DNA of 64,000 nucleotides from an uncultured Actinomycetes bacterium (GTDB taxonomy: Bacteria > Actinomycetota > Actinomycetes > Streptosporangiales > Streptosporangiaceae). A program made the translations under genes and the position numbers. Numbering within the stretch: position 1 is the stretch's first letter; each line of letters opens with the position of its first letter. Under the pieces are notes generated by a model. The model worked only from the letters and a program-made list of their open reading frames with translations. It ran no database searches and had not been told where the DNA came from. Positions 1 through 7,477 of this stretch are shown in pieces. The DNA lies in NCBI GenBank assembly GCA_963770535.1, contig CAVYPZ010000002.1:11641-75640 (forward strand), written 5' to 3'.

Positions 1-465
1 GCCAACTAGCTCTGTCCAGTCTTGCGCGGAGGAGATCTCGTATATCCGCGCACCTGGTCGCGGCGCGAGGGGCCAGCAGCGCGCGCTCCTCTGGCCAAAC
101 CCGTCCTCGACCAAAACCAGTCCCACCGCTCCCAGGCTGGGAATCGATCTCGTGGTTGACGGGATCCGTGACGGGACGGGCGCCGACCACCAATGGCCGC
201 TCCACGGGGCAGATGGGTCTTCCGGCCGATCTTGGGCTGACCGCTCATCCTCGATAGTCGCGGTTCGCCAGGTGGCAAGTTCTGTCGCAATAGCCGCCAG
301 CGCGGGCGTGCCCCCGTGCTCGCCGAGCCATTCCACGTACTGCTGGCTGTTGGCCGCGATAGGAGATGTCCACCATCGTGCTTCCGGAGCTAGAGTCACC
401 GCCTGCGCGACCGGTAGCAACGCGTCCCGCACCTCCCGAGGGCTCAGGGGCATAGTCATCATCAT
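1..465 (-). CDS. hypothetical protein, partial (3' end runs off the window start)
   Basis: The minus-strand frame is open from an ATG cluster (MMMTMPLSPREVRDALL..., cat triplets at 451-465) to position 1. It is missing from the ORF track because there is no stop inside the window. The peptide looks protein-like (..YVEWLGEHGGTPALAAIATELATW..GAVGLVLVEDGFG..). No family recognised. Confidence 0.4.
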   Translation of the reverse strand, partial: MMMTMPLSPREVRDALLPVAQAVTLAPEARWWTSPIAANSQQYVEWLGEHGGTPALAAIATELATWRTATIEDERSAQDRPEDPSAPWSGHWWSAPVPSRIPSTTRSIPSLGAVGLVLVEDGFGQRSARCWPLAPRPGARIYEISSAQDWTELVG

Positions 466-873
466 CGGGTTCCTGCCAGTACATGGCGGTTTGTACCGGC
501 TCCACGAGGGCGGCCAGCAGGGTCAGTTGGTCGGCATGCACCACCGTTGAATCAAGGTCCGTGCGGGCGACGCAGGCAGCGAGCTCGTCCGTGAGCCCGG
601 TCAGATTTCCCCGATGCGCGCCGTCCCAGACCAGATCCCACCCGGGATAATCGCCAGGTACCAGGAGTGACCAGCACAGGCGCCGCCCGCGCGGGCCGGC
701 GAGCAGATCCTCAGCCCTGGGCCACTCCATCGCCCTACCTTAGAACCAGATAATCGGCCGCAACCAGCGAGTATCTCGGCGGCATCGTGGCCCCAACTAC
801 CCCGCACGCGGAGCGATGGCCATAGTCCTGTCGGTAGCCGCGTGTACTCTGGCTGTAGGGATGGAGGTGCGCG

Positions 874-1044
874 ATGTCAGAGCCGGAAGCACGCAAGCTG
901 GCCTCTCAGGGTGCGACCCGCGAGCGGGACAAAGACGACGTGCTGGCTGCTGCGCGTCCGCTGCCTCCTGACGAGGACGCGCTCATCGAAGGCCTCACGG
1001 ATGACGAGGACCGCCTCTTCCTCGCTGCTGTGCTCGAGGCATGA
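874..1044 (+). CDS. vapB: putative antitoxin of the downstream PIN toxin (small acidic protein, 56 aa)
   Basis: ATG at 874. Its TGA stop (1042-1044) overlaps the vapC ATG (1041) in an ATGA junction. Peptide: MSEPEARKLASQGATRERDKDDVLAAARPLPPDEDALIEGLTDDEDRLFLAAVLEA. Too short for the ORF track. The call rests on position and translational coupling. Confidence 0.6.
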   Translation: MSEPEARKLASQGATRERDKDDVLAAARPLPPDEDALIEGLTDDEDRLFLAAVLEA

Positions 1045-1475
1045 CTCCCCGCTCTCGTGGCCCGGTCGTCATCGACACCGGAGTCTTCGCCGCACGCTTG
1101 ACACCCAGTGGAAATTTACTGGCGGCGCGGTATCGCCCGGTCCTTGCGGGTCGGCCAGCTGTTATTTCGTTTGTCACTGTCGCTGAGCTTGGTTACGGCG
1201 CGAGGCTGGCCGGATGGGGCCCGGAACGGCTCCGGCGGTTGGAGTATGAGATAGCGCGAGCAGAGATCGTCTGGCCGGGACCAAGTCTTGCCGAGGCTTA
1301 TGCCTCGCTCCGCACATGGTGTGTCCGGACCGGACACGGCTTGGGCCAGAAAGACCACGAAGCGGACCGCTGGGTGGCGGCGACAGCCATCTGGCTCCAG
1401 GTGCCTCTCGTGGCGCACGATCGCATCTTCGCCAACGTGAAGGATCTTGAACTACTGACGAAGCTCGCCGATTGA
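1041..1475 (+). CDS. vapC: PIN-domain ribonuclease toxin (VapC family)
   Basis: N-terminal VVIDTGVF (first acidic PIN residue), later D/E positions (..VAELGYG.., ..ADRWVAATAI.., ..VAHDRIF), 144 aa, coupled to the upstream small ORF. Confidence 0.85.
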   Translation: MTPRSRGPVVIDTGVFAARLTPSGNLLAARYRPVLAGRPAVISFVTVAELGYGARLAGWGPERLRRLEYEIARAEIVWPGPSLAEAYASLRTWCVRTGHGLGQKDHEADRWVAATAIWLQVPLVAHDRIFANVKDLELLTKLAD

Positions 1476-1486
1476 GCCAGGCTGCC

Positions 1487-1718
1487 GTGCCATTAGCGTG
1501 CCATTAACCAGGGTGACGAGAGGTCAACCAGAGTCATTCGGGACCGCCAGGGACGCCTGGTCAGCGCTCCTGGCAGCGGTAACCGCTGCGCTTCCCAAGC
1601 TGATAGTGCGAGTTCGATTCTCGTCACCCGCTCTCATCGTGAAGGCCCAGGCCAGGGACGGTATCCCGAACCTGGGCCTTGATCGTTCCGGGATCATTGT
1701 TGATCTCTCGTGCCCGCG
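1487..1718 (+). repeat. att relic A: tandem arm motifs + P arm + tRNA-Gly(CCC) 3' half + truncated P' arm
   Basis: Arm motifs GTGCCATTAGC (1487-1497) and GTGCCATTAAC (1498-1508). Core CTTCCCAAGCTGATAGTGCGAGTTCGATTCTCGTCACCCGCTC at 1591-1633 corresponds to anticodon loop CCC, T-arm GCGAG/TTCGATT/CTCGT, acceptor CACCCGC and discriminator T. Hairpin AGGCCCAGG..CCTGGGCCT at 1643-1679. Homologous to units at 4404, 6681, 13718 and 15258. Confidence 0.75.
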
Positions 1719-1760
1719 TCGGCCTCACTGGGCTAGTAGACGTTCACCTACCCACAAAGT

Positions 1761-2867
1761 GTGGAGGCTGGTCCATGGCGGTCCCTGGACGGGTGGACCA
1801 GCATGGACGGCATGAGCACCCTCCTAGAGGTCCTGCCGCCGCGTCTGCGTGCCACGCGCTGGGCCTCCCTGTTTCCTGTTGTCATGCTGGTGAGCACCTT
1901 GTACTGGGGTGTTCGCCCGTGGACGCTGGCCGGTGTTGCCGCAGCTTTTGCCCTAACGATTCTGGTTCCGCCCCTGGCCGCGGACCTGCTGGCGGTGGCG
2001 CTGATCGGGTTCGCATGTTGTGCTTTCGCCCTGGCCCTGCGGGGCGGCATCACGGCCCCCGGCTCGGCCACGACGGCTGGTTACCCGTTCCATGAGCTAC
2101 TGTTCACTCGCAGCATGCCGAACATGCTCGACCTGGCAGCGGGCCTGGTGATGTTGGCCTTCGGGGTGTGGCTGGTGCCGCGCACGATCGGCCTGCGTTC
2201 CGGGCTGGCCAGGCGCAACACGGAACTGGTTAGCCGGGTGCGGCGGCTGACCGCGACCCGGGTGGACGCCGTGGGCACTGCCTCGGCTGAGCTGCGGCGG
2301 GTCGAACGGGACCTGCACGATGGCGCCCAGGCTCGGCTGATCGCGCTGGGCATCTCCCTGCGAGCCACCGAGGGACTGATCAAGACCGACCCGGACGCTG
2401 CGGTGGCCCTGGTCGCCGCGGCGCGGGAGAACTCCGCCCGGGCGCTGGCCGAGCTGCGTGGCCTGGTGGCCGGGATTAACCCGCCGGTGCTGGCCGAGCG
2501 TGGCCTCGGCGACGCCCTACGAGCGCTCGCGCTCGATACCCCGGTGGCCACCACGGCTGACATCGACCTGCCGCGCCGCCTCCCGGCGCCAGTGGAGGCG
2601 GCAGCATACTTCGCGGTGGCTGAGGCGATCGCCAACGCCGCCAAGCATTCGGGTGCGCGCAGCGTGCACATCCGGGCGGCGCATTCGGCTGGAGTACTAC
2701 GGATCGAGGTCAGCGACGACGGCACCGGCGGCGCTGATCCGGCGCGAGGTACTGGGCTGCGCGGCGTGGAGCGCAGGCTCGGAACGTTTGACGGCGTGCT
2801 GGCGATCAGCAGCCCGCTGGGCGGGCCGACGATCGTGGCCATCGAGGTGCCGTGCGCGTCGTCATAG
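1761..2867 (+). CDS. sensor histidine kinase (HisKA_3 / NarL-partner type)
   Basis: N-terminal hydrophobic helices, H-box ERDLHDGAQARLIALG, and a C-terminal HATPase region (..AEAIANAAKHSGA.., DDGTGGAD, GTGLRGVERRL). Overlaps the downstream regulator by 16 nt. The start may instead be the internal ATG near 1812. Confidence 0.85.
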   Translation: MEAGPWRSLDGWTSMDGMSTLLEVLPPRLRATRWASLFPVVMLVSTLYWGVRPWTLAGVAAAFALTILVPPLAADLLAVALIGFACCAFALALRGGITAPGSATTAGYPFHELLFTRSMPNMLDLAAGLVMLAFGVWLVPRTIGLRSGLARRNTELVSRVRRLTATRVDAVGTASAELRRVERDLHDGAQARLIALGISLRATEGLIKTDPDAAVALVAAARENSARALAELRGLVAGINPPVLAERGLGDALRALALDTPVATTADIDLPRRLPAPVEAAAYFAVAEAIANAAKHSGARSVHIRAAHSAGVLRIEVSDDGTGGADPARGTGLRGVERRLGTFDGVLAISSPLGGPTIVAIEVPCASS

Positions 2868-3496
2868 CCGAAGACCTCTTCCTGCTGCGGGAAGGCTTGG
2901 CCAGCCTGCTCAAGGAGCACGGCTTCGACGTCGCGGAAGCCGTCGGGGACGGGCCATCCCTGCTGCGGGCGCTGGTCAACCAGCGGCCCGACGTAGCGAT
3001 CGTGGACGTCCGGCTCCCTCCCGCTTACACCGACGAGGGCCTGCGAGCCGCGCTGGAAGCCCGCCGCCAGGTGCCGGGACTGCCGATCCTCATCCTGTCC
3101 ACCCACGTCGAGCGGCTGTACGCCCGTGAGCTGCTGGCCGACCGGGCAGGCGGGGTCGGCTACCTGCTTAAGGACCGGGTGTTCACCGACGAGCAGTTCA
3201 CCGATGCGCTGTGCACGGTGGCCCGCGGCGGCACGGTCATGGACCCGGAGGTCGTCGCCAAGCTGCTGGCCAGGCGCGCCAGCCAACAGCCGGTCGCCCG
3301 GCTCACCAGCCGGGAACGCGAGGTCCTCGCGCTGATGGCCGAGGGCCGGTCCAATAGCGCCATCGCACAGCGCCTGGTCGTGTCCGAGAAGGCAGTCAGC
3401 AAGCACTGCACGTCCATCTTCACCAAACTCGACCTCCCACCATCCGACGACGACAACCGCCGCGTGCTAGCCGTCCTTGCCTACCTGGACTCCTGA
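2852..3496 (+). CDS. response regulator, NarL/LuxR family
   Basis: Receiver domain (VVIAEDLFLLREG.., PDVAIVDVRLPP) plus LuxR HTH (LTSREREVLALMAEGRSNSAIAQRLVVSEKAVSKHCTSIFTKL). Confidence 0.9.
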   Translation: MRVVIAEDLFLLREGLASLLKEHGFDVAEAVGDGPSLLRALVNQRPDVAIVDVRLPPAYTDEGLRAALEARRQVPGLPILILSTHVERLYARELLADRAGGVGYLLKDRVFTDEQFTDALCTVARGGTVMDPEVVAKLLARRASQQPVARLTSREREVLALMAEGRSNSAIAQRLVVSEKAVSKHCTSIFTKLDLPPSDDDNRRVLAVLAYLDS

Positions 3497-3669
3497 CCGG
3501 TCCCAGCCTTTCACCGACGCCAACTCACGCTGAGATCATGCGATAAGGAAATTCTTCGCGTTAGCGCCCATGGCCGCGGCGGTTTGCCGGTGGGCAGTCC
3601 GGCAGAGGTCGCCGCGTACGCCGCATCCAGCCCGGAACCGCCCAGCTCCCGGCCATGATCACCGTGCGA

Positions 3670-4077
3670 TTAACTGGCCTGGATGATCAAATTAAGCCCG
3701 CCATGTTCGGCGAAGTCCTTGAAGTCCTTGGTGTTGAGGGTCGCGAGCGGCAGGCCATAGGCTAGGGCGCATGCCGCGATCCAGGTGTCGTTGGCTGGCC
3801 TGGGCCGTCCCCGCTGGATCGCGTCCGCGGAGATCCGTCCCCAGGTCCGGGCAACGTCCTCACTGTAGGGAAGGACGATCACGCCGCCGAGCCAGCTCTC
3901 TAACGCGTCGCGATTGCGCCGTCCCCACTGCCGCAGCTCGGCCCACTGAGTCAGCTCCCCGAGCGTGACGAAGGTAATGCACGGTTGCTTGCCGATGAGA
4001 CGAGTTAACACAGGTGACGGGAGCCGACGCTTCAGGCTGAGCGAGGAGACGTCGGTGTCAAGGATTACCCTTTCCAT
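3670..4077 (-). CDS. vapC: PIN-domain ribonuclease toxin (VapC family)
   Basis: MERVILDTDVSS.., ..TLGELTQW.., ..NDTWIAACALAYGLPLATLNTKDF. 135 aa, 5 nt downstream of a small acidic ORF. Confidence 0.85.
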   Translation of the reverse strand: MERVILDTDVSSLSLKRRLPSPVLTRLIGKQPCITFVTLGELTQWAELRQWGRRNRDALESWLGGVIVLPYSEDVARTWGRISADAIQRGRPRPANDTWIAACALAYGLPLATLNTKDFKDFAEHGGLNLIIQAS

Positions 4078-4082
4078 GCGGA

Positions 4083-4283
4083 TCAGGCGAGATCGGCGTG
4101 ACGCATCTCGGCTACATGAGCGAGGAAGGCATCCAGCTCCTCGTCGGTGTCGAAGATGCCGTCATGAGCGAGATCGTCGGCAGACTGGATGGGGCGTATG
4201 CCCTTGCGCCGCGCCTGTTCATCCAGCGACTCGGTGCCGTGACCGGATGGCACGGCTAGGTCGTCCGCCCTGTCCGTCGTCAC
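4083..4283 (-). CDS. vapB: putative antitoxin of VapC (small acidic protein)
   Basis: GTG at 4283 is preceded by GGAGG. Peptide: VTTDRADDLAVPSGHGTESLDEQARRKGIRPIQSADDLAHDGIFDTDEELDAFLAHVAEMRHADLA. The track ORF (to 4427) runs upstream into the att repeat, so the shorter start is preferred. Confidence 0.6.
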   Translation of the reverse strand: MTTDRADDLAVPSGHGTESLDEQARRKGIRPIQSADDLAHDGIFDTDEELDAFLAHVAEMRHADLA

Positions 4284-4403
4284 TGTCACCTCCGGTGCCG
4301 GTCCATCCAGTATCGCATCTTGCCGGATGCCATGGCAGCAGTGGGCTACGTAGCAGTGCCAGCCGGTGATCTTCGCTGCCAGGGCGAGCGCGGGTTCTGG
4401 GAA

Positions 4404-4645
4404 GATCACCGTGCAATTAGCGTGCAATTAGCCAGGGTAACGAGGAGCCAGCCACGGGTACTGACGGTGCTCGGTCGTGGCTGGTCAGCGGTGCGAACAG
4501 CGTGGATCGGTGGGATTCCCAAGCTGATAGTGCGAGTTCGATTCTCGTCACCCGCTCCAGGTACGTTCTTGCGGGTCAGCGCCCGTATCCGAGTGTGGCC
4601 CGTTTCCCTCTGCTGGACAGTTGTTGATCTTTCGTGCCATAAGCC
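4404..4645 (+). repeat. att relic B: complete attP-like unit (tandem arm motifs, P arm, tRNA-Gly 3' half, P' arm motif)
   Basis: GTGCAATTAGC twice in tandem (4411-4421, 4422-4432). Core ATTCCCAAGCTGATAGTGCGAGTTCGATTCTCGTCACCCGCTCCA at about 4515-4559. P' motif CGTGCCATAAG at 4633-4643. The integrase remnant reads into the core from the right. Confidence 0.8.
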
Positions 4646-5110
4646 TGCGGGCGCGAGCGTGCTCGCCTCGCCGTCGTCGCTCTCGTCGCCGCCCTGCTCG
4701 GTCCGGACGTGTGAGTCGATCGCGCTCGTGATGGCCTGGTCGGCGCCGCGCGCCTCGTGCTGGTAGATCATGGCGGCGCGTTCGCTGTCGTGGCCCATTC
4801 GCGCCATGACATCCCTCAGGCCCGCGCCGCTGGACGCGGCGAACGTGTTGCCCGTATGCCGCAGATCGTGGAATGCAGACCTTCGGCACCGATCGACCGC
4901 ACCGCGTGGGGCCAGGCGGACATCTTGTTGAAGTCGCCACGCCGCGGGCCGCCCATCGCTGCGGGGAACGCCAGGGCTCCCGGCTCGGCCCGCGTGCCGT
5001 AGACCTCGGGGGATGTGACCAGCCCATCGGTAGGCACCGCGGCAAGTCTCCTCGGAGGAGATGGTCTCGACAGTTGCCTATACGGGCGCAGGTCGGGGAG
5101 GTATCACCCG
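4560..5110 (-). pseudogene. tyrosine recombinase/integrase, C-terminal remnant with frameshifts
   Basis: Pieces in two or three minus-strand frames. They read ..EPGALAFPAAMGGPRRGDFNKMSAWPHAVRSIGAEGLH / FHDLRHTGNTFAASSGAGLRDVMARMGHDSERAAMIYQHEARGADQAI (box II with HxxR and the catalytic Y) / ..LMARKINNCPAEGNGPHSD..ERTWSG*. The N-terminal roughly 250 aa of a normal integrase is missing. Confidence 0.8.
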
Positions 5111-5187
5111 CCGCCACGCGGATCGGCCTTGGCGGTGTCACCGGCCGGATCATTCGGCTGGTAACACCGCCGGTAAATGGGGTCCCC

Positions 5188-5544
5188 TTAGTTCTCCGCC
5201 TCGGCCTCGAGTTCCTCCTCCTCGAGTTCAGCTTCGGCTAGGGCGATCACGATCCCTAGTCCCTCGGCGATGTTCGCCGTCGCTGAGACGATGCGGGCTG
5301 TGCCCACGATGGGTGCCACCGCGACGAGAACATCTTCTACGTCATCGACGGTGATGCCTGAGTCTGCCGCCGGTATGGCGTTGAGCGCGTAGGAAGCGGC
5401 GGATGCGTCTAGCGCGACTAGGGCGGCGATCCGGGCGATCATGAGCTCGCGGGAGCCTAGGTCGCTGTTATCCAGCGACGTGGCGGTCATCACCAGGAGC
5501 GTGTCGCTGACGGGTGTTTCGTTTTCTGTTTCGTTTTCGGACAT
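5188..5544 (-). CDS. small acidic protein, possibly carboxymuconolactone decarboxylase (AhpD-like) fold
   Basis: 118 aa. The core ..LGSRELMIARIAALVALDASAASYALNAIPAADSGITVDDVEDVLVAVAPIVGTARIV.. resembles CMD-family helices. No CxxC motif, acidic tails. Family assignment is from memory only. Confidence 0.5.
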   Translation of the reverse strand: MSENETENETPVSDTLLVMTATSLDNSDLGSRELMIARIAALVALDASAASYALNAIPAADSGITVDDVEDVLVAVAPIVGTARIVSATANIAEGLGIVIALAEAELEEEELEAEAEN

Positions 5545-5903
5545 GGCGGTTCTCCTTTTGAAAGTTCGAATCTTGCAACCCTGTCAATCAGGCGGCCTTG
5601 CCTCACGCTACTCCGGCCAGGTGCGCCAACTGCCGGCGGCCCAACCTCGCAGAGGCAGCCCCCGACCTTGGCGACCTCGCCGGTGCCGCCGGCCCCCCGC
5701 GCGGCCCTGAGGAGCAGAGCAGGCATCCACCGGCAAGGCCGTGACCAACTGTTGGTCACGGCAAACCTGCAGTACGCCGCAAGTGAATTGGGCTGCCAAG
5801 CCAGGGGCATCTCGGCCACGGGATGTGCGCGGGATGACCGGTGATCATCAGACTTAACCAGACCGCGTTCGGAAGTCCCGGCCATCTTGTCGATACTTGT
5901 CTG

Positions 5904-6674
5904 ATGACTCGTCAGCATCGCTGGGTGGAGGAGGACGTGCCACTTGCGGGCGGGCGCATGACCAGCGGAATCGTGCGCCGTGGTGACCGGCTGCTGCGTC
6001 CGATGGGGCCGTGGTCGCCTGCCGTGCACGAGTATCTGCGCCATCTGGAGACAGCTGGGTTCGAGGGCTCGCCCCAGGTACTCGGCATCGAGGGCGCCCG
6101 GGAGGTGCTCACCTTCATCGACGGGGACGTCGCGGTGGACCTGCAGTGGGAGCCCGGGCATGGGCACCGGCTCCCTCCGTATGCCCGGACCGACCGTGCC
6201 CTGCGCGCCGTGGCGCACCTGCTGCGCCAACTACACTCGGCGGCTTCCGGGTTCCAGCCCGCGATCACCAGCTACCGCTTCCGCCCGCGTCCTCCCCGGG
6301 CCGGGGAGATCATCTCCCATGGCGACCTTGGTCCGTGGAACACCGTCTACCGTGACGGGATACCCGTAGCGTTCATCGACTGGGACAGCGCCGGGCCGGT
6401 CAGTCCGCTGGACGATCTTGCCAATGCGGCGTGGACCTTCGTGCCTCTGGCTTCATCCAGGCAGCTGATCGAAGCAGGATTCGACCCGCTCCCTGACCTG
6501 CCCGCCCGGCTGTGCCTATTCGTTGAGGCCTACGGCCTGACCGACCGTAAGGCCATCTTGCCTGCGCTGGAACGCAGCATGATCGGAGCAGCGGGCCGAC
6601 CAACGAACGCCGTGGACGCCGCCTCGCTGCAATGGCTGCGGGGCGTATCGACGAAGTTCGCTGGCGCACTGTAA
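5904..6674 (+). CDS. phosphotransferase (APH/choline-kinase-like) family protein
   Basis: Catalytic loop ISHGDLGPWNTV and metal site AFIDWDSAGP. The ATG at 5904 (MTRQHRW..) is preferred over the track start at 5841. Confidence 0.75.
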   Translation: MTRQHRWVEEDVPLAGGRMTSGIVRRGDRLLRPMGPWSPAVHEYLRHLETAGFEGSPQVLGIEGAREVLTFIDGDVAVDLQWEPGHGHRLPPYARTDRALRAVAHLLRQLHSAASGFQPAITSYRFRPRPPRAGEIISHGDLGPWNTVYRDGIPVAFIDWDSAGPVSPLDDLANAAWTFVPLASSRQLIEAGFDPLPDLPARLCLFVEAYGLTDRKAILPALERSMIGAAGRPTNAVDAASLQWLRGVSTKFAGAL

Positions 6675-6680
6675 GCCCTC

Positions 6681-6758
6681 GTGCCATTAGCCAGGGTGAC
6701 AAGGGGTCAACCAGGGGCACTCTGGACCAGCGGGGACGCTAGGTCAGCGCCCCTGGCA
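6681..6758 (+). repeat. att relic C: arm motif + P arm only, fused by deletion to the middle of an integrase gene
   Basis: GTGCCATTAGCCAGGGTGACAAGGGGTCAACCAGG..GGTCAGCGCCCCTGGCA aligns with units A and D. The tRNA core and P' arm are absent. Confidence 0.7.
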
Positions 6759-7033
6759 CCTGGGCGAGGGCCTGTCCGCCGGGCTGGCCCGGTGGCGGGC
6801 GTTCTTGGGTCCGGTGAAGACCAGGGCGTATTCGCCGGGAGCCGTGAAGTCCTCCAGGTGCGACAAGACCTCCGGGAGCGGGGCAACCGGTATGGACACG
6901 ATCTGGCGGCCTGCCAGCGACTTCGGCGGGCCAGTGACGAGTGACCCGTCCGTCAGTTCCACCACAGATTCCTGAATGCAGACCGTGCCGGAGGCGAGGT
7001 CAATGTGGCGGCGTCGCAGGGCCGCCAGTCCAG
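6759..7033 (-). pseudogene. tyrosine integrase, central fragment
   Basis: Peptide ..LRRRHIDLASGTVCIQESVVELTDGSLVTGPPKSLAGRQIVSIPVAPLPEVLSHLEDFTAPGEYALVFTGPKNA matches the region just before the catalytic domain of phage-type integrases. An in-frame stop lies upstream and the C-terminus is deleted. Confidence 0.75.
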
Positions 7034-7188
7034 GCTACAGAAGACGGCCGGCGGATCAGGCCGTCATCCACAGTGGTATTCAGGAATGCTGGGCGTTCGA
7101 GTCCGACTGAATGCGCGATGTGAGGCCACGACTCGGTCCCTATCATGAGATAGGCGCCAGGATGCAAGCAATAACGATCCTATACCGG

Positions 7189-7422
7189 CTAGCGACTGGA
7201 AAAGGCCAATCTTATGCGCTCACGCCAACGCGCATCCTGCCGAGAACGTATTTGACAACGGGTTATAATATCATGCCGGGCGGCACGCAGTTCAACCCAT
7301 TGTTCATGCTCTGTCTCTGCGGCATTTTCAAAATGAAAACTTTCGCCTTCTTTTAGGTATGTGGACACCCAAGCGTCTGCCTCGGTGAAGACAGAATTGA
7401 AGCGGTCTATCGCCTGCTTCAC
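7189..7422 (-). CDS. hypothetical small protein in a low-GC patch
   Basis: GTG start. Its AT-rich third positions are atypical for this genome. Same strand as, and downstream of, the 7478-8518 gene. No recognisable family. Confidence 0.3.
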   Translation of the reverse strand: MKQAIDRFNSVFTEADAWVSTYLKEGESFHFENAAETEHEQWVELRAARHDIITRCQIRSRQDARWRERIRLAFSSR

Positions 7423-7477
7423 TTGAGTTTCGCAGTTTCTGGGTTGCGAGGCTGGTCGGTGCTGTGCACGCCGATGG

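Noticed and set aside
1591-1633. Possible tRNA-Gly genes at 1591-1633, 4515-4559, 13808-13851 and 15347-15374.
   Set aside because: Only positions from the anticodon loop to the 3' end are present. The 5 nt before the loop (GCGC or GGGA) cannot pair with GCTGA to form an anticodon stem, and there is no D-arm or 5' acceptor strand. They are att cores, not genes.
1487-1640. tmRNA or another tRNA-like structured RNA. The upstream GGGTGACGAG can pair with CTCGTCACCC of the core.
   Set aside because: No tag-ORF or pseudoknot layout is present. The same upstream block occurs in copies lacking the core (C, F). The unit behaves like an attP arm with arm-type repeats. The long-range complementarity is noted but not sufficient.
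1498-1815. Apparent small protein family 'MPL(T/A)RVTRGQP..' (ORFs 1498-1815 and 6681-6944, also 4320-4766 and 13654-14070).
   Set aside because: The similarity comes from translating the repeated att DNA units. The frames cross tRNA-like sequence and hairpins, have no RBS, and diverge as soon as the repeat ends.
5490-6230. 246-aa minus-strand ORF between the CMD-like gene and the APH gene.
   Set aside because: It overlaps the APH-family gene, which has clear catalytic motifs on the plus strand. Its translation is low-complexity.
7085-7105. T-loop-like GGGCGTTCGAGTCCGAC, suggesting a tRNA.
   Set aside because: The flanking bases do not form a T-stem (GGGCG versus CCGAC). No acceptor or anticodon arms can be drawn.
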